Below are positions 18,923 to 27,771 of a stretch of 64,000 bases of DNA, in pieces. Source of the stretch: Patescibacteria group bacterium. Lineage in GTDB: Bacteria; Patescibacteriota; WWE3; UBA101185; UBA10185. Made by a program: the position numbers and the translations under genes. Under the pieces are notes generated by a model. That model saw nothing but the letters and a program-made list of their open reading frames with translations. It searched no databases and was not told the DNA's origin. Every line of letters begins with the position of its first letter. Positions within the stretch are counted from its first letter, which is position 1. The DNA lies in contig JBMORU010000001.1 in assembly GCA_049322215.1 (NCBI GenBank), forward strand, positions 194,327 through 258,326. Direction: 5' to 3'.

Positions 18923-19603
18923 TTAACGGAATCGTACCAAAAACCAATCGTCGCCTTTGTATTTTTTGGTGAGGTTGGTTTCGAATACTTGGTAACTCAT
19001 CTGTTTCAATGTGCGACTATGTAGCAAAAAAGCACCTTGTGGAACCTCTACATTAGGAGCACCTTCTGTAGAAATTGCACGGTAGCTTGAGGTACCAACG
19101 TTTGCAGTTTCCAACTTGTTATTTCGTACTCGGATTTTTTTATAATTTCCAAGTTGAAGCACGAGTTGGAGACCATAACCTTCTTTGACAGCAACCACGT
19201 GGGTACGACCGTAATGACGATCTTTACCTTCAGACAAAAGCGTATTCCATCCGTATTCTATTTCCACTACTGCGTACCCTTTGGGTAAATAGCGCAAAAA
19301 CAAACCTTCTTGGTCAGCTATTTGCCATCCGTGATGCACTTTGTACGTTCGGCTAACAAAATGTCTTTCCTTCAGTTTTCCGTCGTGGTAAAAAATGGCG
19401 TCTTTGTAAACCATTTTTTCCAAACCAAGAGATTCAAGAAAAGCATTTAACTCTTCGGCATAATCAAATTTCTTGCCCGCAACAGCCATAGCACGTTCAA
19501 TGGGCAGGTGTAAATACATGCTCCCATTAAACTTACTACCATAAGGCAAATGCCATTTACGGGGGTTAAAGCGAACATTAGAAACCAAAAGTTGTTGTGA
19601 CAT
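18923..19603 (-). CDS. hypothetical protein (moderately G+C-rich ORF)
   Basis: 226 aa, soluble, no recognised motif; composition richer in G+C than neighbours. Confidence 0.45.
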   Translation of the reverse strand: MSQQLLVSNVRFNPRKWHLPYGSKFNGSMYLHLPIERAMAVAGKKFDYAEELNAFLESLGLEKMVYKDAIFYHDGKLKERHFVSRTYKVHHGWQIADQEGLFLRYLPKGYAVVEIEYGWNTLLSEGKDRHYGRTHVVAVKEGYGLQLVLQLGNYKKIRVRNNKLETANVGTSSYRAISTEGAPNVEVPQGAFLLHSRTLKQMSYQVFETNLTKKYKGDDWFLVRFR

Positions 19604-19730
19604 GCTAAAATCTCCTTTTATATAAGCATGGTTAAATTTTCAAGTGCAGGTATTATAAAATATTAGTTAAACATAGTCAATGCTATAGGGTATGTAGATA
19701 ATAATACTTAAATAGTCTAAAATCAACATA

Positions 19731-20312
19731 ATGCCCAATAAAAAAGGTTTCACACTTATAGAACTTCTTATAGTAATTAGCCTTATTGCTATGCTTACAG
19801 GTATATTAATTCAAGTAATTGATGTTCAGCAGCTTATGAAAAGAGCAAAAGATGCAGTAGTAAAAGGCACAATTATAAAATTAGCGCTAGTAGTAGAGTC
19901 AAATGTGTCATCAACAGGGCATGTGCCTATTAATGAAGGCTGCAATTGCGATATACCAAATAGTTGCGAAATGATGACACTTTTAAATAATCAAGTAGTA
20001 AACTGCCATAAAACACAAATAACGCCTGATGGAACTAAACTTTGGATGGAAGTAAAAACACTTAAAATGGGCGAAACGCTACTGGGAGGTAATATAGATT
20101 TAGATGATTCCGACGCCATAAGGTATATGGACTTTAGAGATGGCTGCTTAGCGGCAGTTTCTGAGGAAACACCCCCTTGGGTTTATGTATGGTCTCGAAG
20201 TAGAGGTTTAATGTTTTGCCACCCAGGAACGGATGTTCACCCAGGGCTTGTTACCTGCAATAACATTTTGAATGATAGTTTTGTAGCACAACGTTGCGAG
20301 TCTATAGATTAA
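19731..20312 (+). CDS. type IV pilin-like protein
   Basis: MPNKKG/FTLIELLIVISLIAMLTGILI prepilin signal; Cys-rich C-terminal domain. Confidence 0.8.
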   Translation: MPNKKGFTLIELLIVISLIAMLTGILIQVIDVQQLMKRAKDAVVKGTIIKLALVVESNVSSTGHVPINEGCNCDIPNSCEMMTLLNNQVVNCHKTQITPDGTKLWMEVKTLKMGETLLGGNIDLDDSDAIRYMDFRDGCLAAVSEETPPWVYVWSRSRGLMFCHPGTDVHPGLVTCNNILNDSFVAQRCESID

Positions 20313-20380
20313 GAAACCTCTGAGAACGGTGAACTTAATTACGGCATAATACACTATTAACCCATAGTATTTACAGGGAG

Positions 20381-20800
20381 ATGATTCCTTGTTATAATCT
20401 GCACACAAACAAAATCTACCAAAATAAGGAGTTGACCATGGCTCAAAAATTATATGAACCAGATCGTGGGGGCATTAAAAAGTTCAGAATAAAAATTGTG
20501 TGCCCTCACTGTAGTGAAGAAACCGAAATGCCAATAAGTGATCTCACTACGGGTACTGTGATTTATGCGAAACTAACCAAAACGTGCAAATGTGGTAAAT
20601 ACCAGTTCCAGCTGCAGTATCTAAATACGGGTAATGTATTAGTAATGCATCGTACTCGAACGGCAAGATTTCTACAAAAGGACGAGTATGGCAAATGGCA
20701 TCATATGTTCCTGTCACAAGGTTACAGCCAACCATACAGTCCAGACCTGACAAAAACGTACCGATACAAATCAATCGAATACCAATACGTCAGAAAATAA
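20381..20800 (+). CDS. hypothetical zinc-ribbon protein
   Basis: CPHC...CKCGKY pattern; probable true start MAQKLYEP at about 20438. Confidence 0.4.
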   Translation: MIPCYNLHTNKIYQNKELTMAQKLYEPDRGGIKKFRIKIVCPHCSEETEMPISDLTTGTVIYAKLTKTCKCGKYQFQLQYLNTGNVLVMHRTRTARFLQKDEYGKWHHMFLSQGYSQPYSPDLTKTYRYKSIEYQYVRK

Positions 20801-20860
20801 CCTTTAAGGGTATTTACTTTTAGAACTCAACATTCTTCAAGTAAATGCCCTTTTTTTTCT

Positions 20861-23800
20861 TTAAAAGGAAACTTGCGTAACTTCAAGACCGTCTGCCCAT
20901 AAAGTACCAGACCCATTTAGGCTTAATGAAACCCTCATGTATGTGGCATCTGTTGGAGCTTTACCCTCTACCAATGCTTTTACCCATGGTTGTTTTAGCT
21001 GTGCTGAAGATACGGTTGTTTCAAATCTTCCTAAATATGTTGATCCTGATAAACCCCCGTAATAACTCATAGTTAGTACTGCACCATTTGTGATTTCTTG
21101 TCCTTTAAGCCACATTGATAGTGCATAAGTTTGATTTTGTTCTACGGGTATATATTTTCTTATGCTTGTCCAGCTTCCATAGTATCTGCTATCCGTAACG
21201 GTCGTTTTTAAAGAGTAATTGCCTGTATAAGATTGATCGTTTGCCCATGAAAATGTGGCACTTCTACCGCTTGTACTGAAATCTTTGGTTGGGTCTGTTT
21301 CAAAACTTGTGCCAAATACTATGCTTGTAGCTGTTGCAGTTGATGTATTTGTTGATGAAGCAGGCTGCGGCGTTTCTATGGGTTGTTCAGGAACTGTAGG
21401 ATTAGTCGTTACTGTATCTACGTTATCGGTATTTTGCGAAATGGGATCAAATACCGAGGGGGTGTCATTAGTATTAGTGGAAAAATCAACGCTGTTTGAA
21501 GAATTAGCGAATGCAGAATTAGTTACCTCTAAGTAATCCATATTAGGACCCCCAACACTATGTGTTGCAGACAATCTAACTGTGTTAAAACCATTATTTA
21601 AAGAAACCATGCGCTCAAGGGTTCCCCAGTCTTCCCAAGTAGAACCAGTACCAGTGAAGTTAATATTTTCTAAAATGACGCCATTTATAATCAAATCTAA
21701 AGGGCGTCCATTGTTTGGACCCATCCAGGAACTATCTGAATCAAGGGCATAGCCAAAACTTAGTAAGTAATCACCTGCTGTTGGTGCGGAAACCGTCCAT
21801 TCTACGTAACTTCCCTTTCCATCAGGATAATCGCTGTAATCAATAAAACCGTTACCACTGTACCCAGCTTGATTACTTGCCACATTAGTTGTACCTCCAC
21901 CGGCATTGTCTCCAAAAGCAGCTTCTTCTGCCTCATATTTATTACTTGTAGATGTTAAGGGGTTTAGAGTCAAATAGTCTACGTTAGGACCCCCAATTAA
22001 ATCAGTAGCTTCTACTCTTATTGTATTTAGTCCAGAAGTTAGCGATATTGATTTAGTTACTGTTCCCCAGGTTTCCCACGATCCTGTACTTGTGTAAGCT
22101 ACGTTTTCCACTACATTTCCATTTACTATTAAATCCATATTTCTACTATTACGAGATAAGGCATATATTACATCTACGCTATAAGTACCTGCTGTAGAAG
22201 AATTATAAGTCCACTCTACATATCCACCTTTTCCATTAGGACTGTTACTCATATCTACGAAACCGTCTCCGCTGTATCCAGCATGGTTAGTTGCGACTTT
22301 TGTAGTGCCTAAACCTATAGCATCTCCAAAGTTGGCGTTTTCGGCCTCAAGTTTGTTGCTACCACCTGAAGGCGGTGGAGGTGGGGGTGGTACAGGACAT
22401 GCCCCACAATCTGCTGAACAGGTAGAACAAGTTTCATTGCCATTACACTGGTTATCACCGCATGAAGGTGCCGGTGGATCCGGGGGCATAATAGAAACAG
22501 TAGTTACTTTTAAGTAATCTACATTGGGTCCCCCATAAGTGCCTGCAGCAACTAACCTAACGGTAACTTCGCCAGCTGGTAAGTCAACTTCAGCACCAAG
22601 TTCTTTCCAAGTTGTCCATGAACCAGTGCTTGTAAACGATATAGCACCAAGATTTTTTCCGTTCACAATTAAATCCATTGGTCTGTCACCAGATATACCG
22701 TTTGAAAGGGCATACCCAAAATCAAGTGCATATTTGCCTTCATCTATCACATTAAACTTCCACTCAATAAAACCATCGGCACCATTTGGAAAGTCACTTA
22801 AGTCAACAAAACCTGTGCCGCTATAACCAGAATGTACGGTATCTACCTGAGAAGTACCAAGCGAGGTGTCGCCAAATACAGCATCTTCAGCTTCAAGCAA
22901 CATAGTATCTCCGGAAGGTGGTGGTGGCGAAGGGCATTGTCCGCAATCTGCAGAACAAAGCGAGCATGATTCAGTGCTACTACACACCCCATCTCCACAG
23001 CTAGGTGCAGGATCAGGAGGAGGAGAGGTTGAATCTTCCATACAAAAAGAACATAAACTTGCAGGAGCAGTTACCAAAGCAGGGCCGCTCACAGTAAGAT
23101 TTTCTTCCTGAGAACCGTTACAAATAGCCACTGGACTTGAAGTAATAATGTCATCAATACTTACATTATCTTCATAAGAATTATTTAAAAGATAAACCTC
23201 AGTAGAGTTCTCGTCCACCCTAACTACGGGCTTAGCTGCGCTACCGACAGAATTAATAAATTTATTTTGACACCACGTAACATTTTTAGGTGAATGGTAT
23301 ATTCTATAAGTTCTAGTGGCATAGGTGCCAATATTGTCTTCTAGCTTATTGTGATGAACATAAACATTTGTTGCATCAGGAAACTTTGATCCATCAGTGC
23401 GATAAATATAGTTACCAGCAGTTTCTCCAACGTTAGCGTGCGAATCAACCCCTAAACCAGTTAAATCATGTAAGTCATTTGAATAAATAGAATAACTTTC
23501 TGTATATAGTTGCCCAGGAAGTAAATTGCCTGTATCTGAATTATTTAAGGCTTGGTTTAAACACCCATTGTTATCTGCACCATCAGTAATAGAACAATCT
23601 TTAGAACCTACTCCATGAGATGCATTATGCGCCTCATTGTATCGAACTGTTATGTTTTTAGCATATCTAAAGTGAATTGCAGAGTCTCCGTCAGAGTTTT
23701 TGGCTTCTACTCTCTCGACAAGGGCATTATCGGAATACCAAATATTTATAAGTAAGCCTTTTGTGCTAGAACCATCTACAGTTAAATCACGCAAAATTAG

Positions 23801-24442
23801 ATTTTTTTTGTGCTTAAAACGTACAACATCGTTTGTGTAGCCACTTCTTTTCAATATAGTTTTACCAACACCAGCGCCTTGTAAAATAATATTGTTTGGT
23901 AATTCAAGTTTGGCAGTGATAGTTATTGTACAGGCGGGCAAATTAACTGTACCGCCATCTGAACCCAAACTATCTAATAAACTCTGTAAAGCAGAATATG
24001 TACAAGTATCGAGGCTATACACTTTATTACCTACAGCTGCGTTAAACTGATCCCATTTAAAACCGCGTTCAGGAAACTTTAACTTGCGACAAACGTTTGG
24101 AGATGATGATAAGTCAAGATAACTACCTTCGGAGCATGGGTTACTACCCACACCCGATGACATAGATGCTAAAACAGAAGCGTTTTCAGAAGAATCACTT
24201 TCTTTTGTTTGTTTTAGTAAAGACGAAATTTTATAGGAGTAATCAGAAACAGTACCATTAAAATAATATAAAAACCCACCAACTACAGCTAAAACTACAA
24301 CAGCTAATAACACATGAGTAAAGCCTTGGTCTTTTTTATGATCACGTTGCTCAAATGTATTCACGTAAAAAGTGTAACAATCTTTACAATTTGGTGTCAA
24401 TGAATTACATAGATAGTTATCTATTAAACCTTTGGTGGACAT
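20861..24442 (-). CDS. large membrane-anchored surface protein: right-handed beta-helix (pectate-lyase-like) domain, three CBM6/CBM35-like repeats and a C-terminal CBM4_9-like domain, joined by Cys/Pro-rich linkers
   Basis: 1193 aa; N-terminal TM (VLLAVVVLAVVGGFLYY); NxxDGxxxxL-like beta-helix repeats; three about 130-aa repeats each ending GGPNVDYL; linkers PPDPAPSCGDGVCS...CSADCGQCPSPPPPS occur twice. Confidence 0.7.
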   Translation of the reverse strand: MSTKGLIDNYLCNSLTPNCKDCYTFYVNTFEQRDHKKDQGFTHVLLAVVVLAVVGGFLYYFNGTVSDYSYKISSLLKQTKESDSSENASVLASMSSGVGSNPCSEGSYLDLSSSPNVCRKLKFPERGFKWDQFNAAVGNKVYSLDTCTYSALQSLLDSLGSDGGTVNLPACTITITAKLELPNNIILQGAGVGKTILKRSGYTNDVVRFKHKKNLILRDLTVDGSSTKGLLINIWYSDNALVERVEAKNSDGDSAIHFRYAKNITVRYNEAHNASHGVGSKDCSITDGADNNGCLNQALNNSDTGNLLPGQLYTESYSIYSNDLHDLTGLGVDSHANVGETAGNYIYRTDGSKFPDATNVYVHHNKLEDNIGTYATRTYRIYHSPKNVTWCQNKFINSVGSAAKPVVRVDENSTEVYLLNNSYEDNVSIDDIITSSPVAICNGSQEENLTVSGPALVTAPASLCSFCMEDSTSPPPDPAPSCGDGVCSSTESCSLCSADCGQCPSPPPPSGDTMLLEAEDAVFGDTSLGTSQVDTVHSGYSGTGFVDLSDFPNGADGFIEWKFNVIDEGKYALDFGYALSNGISGDRPMDLIVNGKNLGAISFTSTGSWTTWKELGAEVDLPAGEVTVRLVAAGTYGGPNVDYLKVTTVSIMPPDPPAPSCGDNQCNGNETCSTCSADCGACPVPPPPPPPSGGSNKLEAENANFGDAIGLGTTKVATNHAGYSGDGFVDMSNSPNGKGGYVEWTYNSSTAGTYSVDVIYALSRNSRNMDLIVNGNVVENVAYTSTGSWETWGTVTKSISLTSGLNTIRVEATDLIGGPNVDYLTLNPLTSTSNKYEAEEAAFGDNAGGGTTNVASNQAGYSGNGFIDYSDYPDGKGSYVEWTVSAPTAGDYLLSFGYALDSDSSWMGPNNGRPLDLIINGVILENINFTGTGSTWEDWGTLERMVSLNNGFNTVRLSATHSVGGPNMDYLEVTNSAFANSSNSVDFSTNTNDTPSVFDPISQNTDNVDTVTTNPTVPEQPIETPQPASSTNTSTATATSIVFGTSFETDPTKDFSTSGRSATFSWANDQSYTGNYSLKTTVTDSRYYGSWTSIRKYIPVEQNQTYALSMWLKGQEITNGAVLTMSYYGGLSGSTYLGRFETTVSSAQLKQPWVKALVEGKAPTDATYMRVSLSLNGSGTLWADGLEVTQVSF
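21540..23060 (-). repeat. three tandem diverged about 400-450-nt intragenic repeats (CBM-like modules) separated by two near-duplicate Cys/Pro-rich linker segments
   Basis: Protein-level repeat ...AE.A.FGD..G.GTT.V.T..AGYSG.GF.D......G...EW......G.Y......YA...LVNG........TG.W.....GGPNVDYL three times; linker DNA around 22370-22490 and 22900-23060 is similar. Boundaries approximate. Confidence 0.5.
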
Positions 24443-24822
24443 AGACTTTAATACTTGGAACCGCTTTGTTGAATGGGTTTTTGAAGGGGGGCCACAAGTA
24501 CCTGCACTAGCAACGGCATGACAGCAACAATAAATGATAGCGATTAACTAGCACCAACGTGTAATAGAACCACAGGGGTTAAGCACACTGAAAGTTAAAT
24601 AAAAAAGATAAAAAAGGGGTATTTAGTAAAGGTTGTTTTTTTCGAATTTTGAAAAAAGTCACTTCGCAATATTTCAATAGACTACAAACTTGATAATGTA
24701 GGCATACTCAGCACCCATAGATATCAACTGATTATTGATATATAATCCATTACAAACACGGTTGGGTGTTTTATTTCCTATCAGAGTAGACAAATAGTTA
24801 GAAACAAGGAAGGTGAGACTCA

Positions 24823-24984
24823 ATGGATGAAAAAGGTTTTGTTGTACCAGCAGCAACGGCTTATCAAAATCTAGGCAACAGGAGAGTTTCGACAAACCGC
24901 AAAACTTGCAATAAGTGCCAAGGGCCATGTGCGTGTAATTGCAAACGTGCCCCAAACACCACCAACGCAACACTGGTTCGTTAA
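24823..24984 (+). CDS. unlisted 53-aa Cys-rich small ORF, candidate RiPP precursor (SCIFF/ranthipeptide-like): MDEKGFVVPAATAYQNLGNRRVSTNRKTCNKCQGPCACNCKRAPNTTNATLVR
   Basis: ATG 24823 preceded by GGAAGGTGAG (RBS-like); TAA at 24982; five Cys clustered C-x2-C-x3-C-x-C-x-C in the C-terminal third; lies 112 nt upstream of a radical SAM/SPASM gene on the same strand. Confidence 0.55.
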   Translation: MDEKGFVVPAATAYQNLGNRRVSTNRKTCNKCQGPCACNCKRAPNTTNATLVR

Positions 24985-25096
24985 CCCAACGTCGTTGTCC
25001 TTCAAGGGGTTACCTAAGATACTGCCAACCCAGTTTCTGAAAGTAATCCCTCTAGCACTTTTATGTTCAAATAGTATGTAACCCAGGAGAGTAGCA

Positions 25097-26395
25097 ATGA
25101 TAAAACTATCCAAATACACACATGTTATTCCTATTAATAGCGCTACCTTTGCACTTTGGAATAGCTTATGGCTTAGAGTCATTTTCGTTAACGAAAGTAC
25201 ACTCGAAGCAATTAGGACAGGAGACCCCCTAGGAATTCACCCTGCCCTATTACAGGCACTCAATGACAACAACTTCATCGCAGATGATGAAAGAGATCAA
25301 GCGAAGTTAATGGAAGTAAGAAGATCTCTGCCACATCAATCCATTGGACTGATGTATTTGATCGTCACAGAAGGGTGCAATTTTGGCTGCGGGTACTGCT
25401 TTCTAAAAGACATGGTATGTAACGACCACGCCATTGAATCAATGATGACCTTTGAAATTGCAAAGAAGGCAATTGATCTGTTCAAAAAAACAATAGAAGC
25501 ATCAGGAGCCATCGAAGAACCAATGATCATCTTTTACGGTGGTGAACCCTTGCTAAACTGGGAGGTTATTCACCAAGCACTGATATACGCCCGCGAGCAG
25601 ATTCCAAACATTTCATTCACGCTAAACACCAACGGGAGCCTGATAACACATGAAATTGCAATGGTGCTTAAAGAGATGCAGGTGGGAGTGGCACTTTCTA
25701 TCGATGGAAAAAACCACGATGTTTACAGAGTTAATCGAGGTGGAGAAGGAACTCTTGCCCAGGTACTTGCAGGACTCAAGATACTCCAAGAGCATGGATG
25801 TGCAGTTGGTATCTCTTGCACAGTGACCGACGCAAATCTTGAAACACTGGTTGATGATTTCCTATGGATGATCGATGATCTAGGTGCAGACTCAGTTGAC
25901 TTCAATGTACTACTCGGCAAGGAACCAGACGAGCATTACAAAGAAAGAGCTACTGCACAGATTTTGAAGTGTTATCAAATTGGATTAGAAAAGGGAGTGC
26001 CTGTAGAACGTGTAATGCGTACCATTGAACCGATTATAGAAGGTAGGCTTTGCCTAGCTGATTGCGGTGGTTGTGGACAGCAAATAGTATGTGCTCCAGA
26101 TGGTCAATTAGGTAGCTGCCATGCATTCTTAAACGACAGGTCTTTTTTCTTTCAATTTGAAGATGTTCCAAACCCAGATCAACATGAGCTTTGGTTGGAG
26201 TGGAAAACTAGATCGCCATTCAATATACCCGAATGCCTGGATTGCCCAGCATTAGGTGTTTGTGGAGGAGGATGTTTTTACAATTCATATCTCCGAGATG
26301 GAAGTGTGTGGACTGTAGACAAAGTGAACTGCACATTTGTAACAACTATCCTTCAAACAGCTTTAAAAGATATGTGGGAAAGCATGCAACCATAG
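25097..26395 (+). CDS. radical SAM/SPASM-domain peptide-modifying enzyme (SCIFF/ranthipeptide-maturase-like) with N-terminal RRE-like extension
   Basis: CNFGCGYC (Cx3Cx2C) radical SAM cluster; C-terminal CLADCGGCGQQIVCAPDGQLGSC and CLDCPALGVCGGGC (Cx2Cx5Cx3C) SPASM auxiliary-cluster motifs; about 85 aa precede the rSAM core. Confidence 0.85.
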   Translation: MIKLSKYTHVIPINSATFALWNSLWLRVIFVNESTLEAIRTGDPLGIHPALLQALNDNNFIADDERDQAKLMEVRRSLPHQSIGLMYLIVTEGCNFGCGYCFLKDMVCNDHAIESMMTFEIAKKAIDLFKKTIEASGAIEEPMIIFYGGEPLLNWEVIHQALIYAREQIPNISFTLNTNGSLITHEIAMVLKEMQVGVALSIDGKNHDVYRVNRGGEGTLAQVLAGLKILQEHGCAVGISCTVTDANLETLVDDFLWMIDDLGADSVDFNVLLGKEPDEHYKERATAQILKCYQIGLEKGVPVERVMRTIEPIIEGRLCLADCGGCGQQIVCAPDGQLGSCHAFLNDRSFFFQFEDVPNPDQHELWLEWKTRSPFNIPECLDCPALGVCGGGCFYNSYLRDGSVWTVDKVNCTFVTTILQTALKDMWESMQP

Positions 26396-26450
26396 AGTTC
26401 GGAGGGTTTTTGTTAAGCAAACGCTTGATAAAAACTCTCCCTTTTTTGTT

Positions 26451-27182
26451 TTAGGAGCGTACTTTTTCTAAAGTTAAAGAAACAAAATCTTTAATCCCTT
26501 TCGCATCAACATACTCAGATTTAATTGCCAATTTAACTTTCTCCAATTGAGGGTAGTTCTTTAGGTATTGGTCATAACCTTGAGTCTTTTTTGACCACAA
26601 GTCTTTAAAATCAGGATCTAAACCCAACACAGCATTGGTAACTAGCTCATTAAGAGCCCAATACTCAAATACTGGGTTTTCTTCAGAATCAGGAAATAAC
26701 TCCCAAATTACATGCCACATGTGATGCATTAGTAGTTCGTGAGCTGTAATGCGTAATTGATCCTTTGAATCTTCCAAAGCGGATCTAACTACGGTGTCTC
26801 CACACATATTGCTGACCCCTTTGTTTAAAGGACTGATAACCACCTTATATTCTTTGTGAGTCCATTTGTGGCTTGTTAACTCTGTAGTTTTTTCAAAAAA
26901 ATGGTCATTTATTTTGTCCCACTCTTGTTGGTAACCCTTTAAAGCACTAGATATTTGAGCGGAGTGTTTTGCATGCTGCTCTTCTAAAAAGTTAGTTGCC
27001 CATTCCTCAATTTCTTCAAATGCTTCCGCTTGAACAAATTTATCAGCATCCTTTTTTTGAATGCCCATAGAGTCAAGACGGCTTTCTAAACCTGCAGGAT
27101 CTTCCATGTTTAACATATTCCAGGTTGTCATAGCATCATAGTTTGTATCTACAATAAATTTTACTTTTGTCATTGCTAACAT
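26451..27182 (-). CDS. hypothetical protein (convergent with the rSAM gene)
   Basis: 243 aa, His-rich segment TAHELLMHHMWH, no canonical HExxH; function unknown. Confidence 0.45.
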   Translation of the reverse strand: MLAMTKVKFIVDTNYDAMTTWNMLNMEDPAGLESRLDSMGIQKKDADKFVQAEAFEEIEEWATNFLEEQHAKHSAQISSALKGYQQEWDKINDHFFEKTTELTSHKWTHKEYKVVISPLNKGVSNMCGDTVVRSALEDSKDQLRITAHELLMHHMWHVIWELFPDSEENPVFEYWALNELVTNAVLGLDPDFKDLWSKKTQGYDQYLKNYPQLEKVKLAIKSEYVDAKGIKDFVSLTLEKVRS

Positions 27183-27326
27183 TATAGCTTTCTATACACA
27201 AAAATGTATATTCTTCTGAAGTATCATGCTAACCATAACGGCTAACAAAAGCAGACAACCTATAAAAGAGTGACCTCGCGTCTTTCAGTAAACGTTTAAC
27301 TGAGTTTTAGTTGTTGTAACAACCCT

Positions 27327-27732
27327 TGGTGGAGATGAGGAGAATCGAACTCCTGTGTTGAAAGTAAAAACATTCAAGTGTACAAGCTTAGCTGGCCATT
27401 AAATTCAAAAAGACAGGTTGCCAACACACCCTAAACCTTTTCTAGACTTCAGCTAATAAAAGCCTTTACACTTTTTGCGTGTTTGGAGGTTAAGTCAGTC
27501 ACGCTTAACTACCGCATCCCGGTTAGTTTTGACCCAATAATCCATTCCGGGCAAAAGATTAAAGGATCTTCACCTTAAGTTAAAACTTAGGCAAATGCTC
27601 CAACCATTGCTGGTTGAGCTACTAGTACATCTTCGTCTGCACTTATTAACGGCTAGCATTTTTACGAACTTACTAGCAATTTCGGCTTGCTTGCAATGCT
27701 TTAACACTTACAGTCAAAGCCATTACATCCCC
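27327..27732 (-). ncRNA. ssrA: tmRNA (ssrA), about 406 nt
   Basis: 5' GGGGATGTAATGGCTTTGAC... and 3' ...CAGGAGTTCGATTCTCCTCATCTCCACCA form a tRNA-Ala-like acceptor with a G3-U70 wobble and encoded CCA; T-arm-like GGAGTTCGATTCTCC; sits 40 nt downstream of smpB; candidate tag ORF GCAGACGAAGATGTACTAGTAGCTCAACCAGCAATGGTTGGAGCATTTGCCTAA (ADEDVLVAQPAMVGAFA*). Confidence 0.8.
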
Positions 27733-27771
27733 ACATAAAACAATGGGAAGAGCTAAAAGCTCTTTTATGCA

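Noticed and set aside
22305-23111. Plus-strand ORFs with poly-Gly stretches (22305..22517, 22539..22826, 22866..23111)
   Set aside because: Antisense images of the Pro/Cys-rich linkers of the large surface protein (Pro codons read as Gly).
24443-24700. Looked for a direct repeat of the ssrA 3' end marking the distal island border
   Set aside because: No copy of the 3'-terminal ssrA sequence (for example AATCGAACTCCTG or TGGTGGAG) was found, so an att site cannot be claimed; the island interpretation rests on composition and position only.
24674-25182. Two minus-strand ORFs (99 and 103 aa) in the rSAM upstream region
   Set aside because: They overlap the plus-strand Cys-rich peptide ORF, which has an RBS and sensible context, and overlap the rSAM start; translations are low quality.
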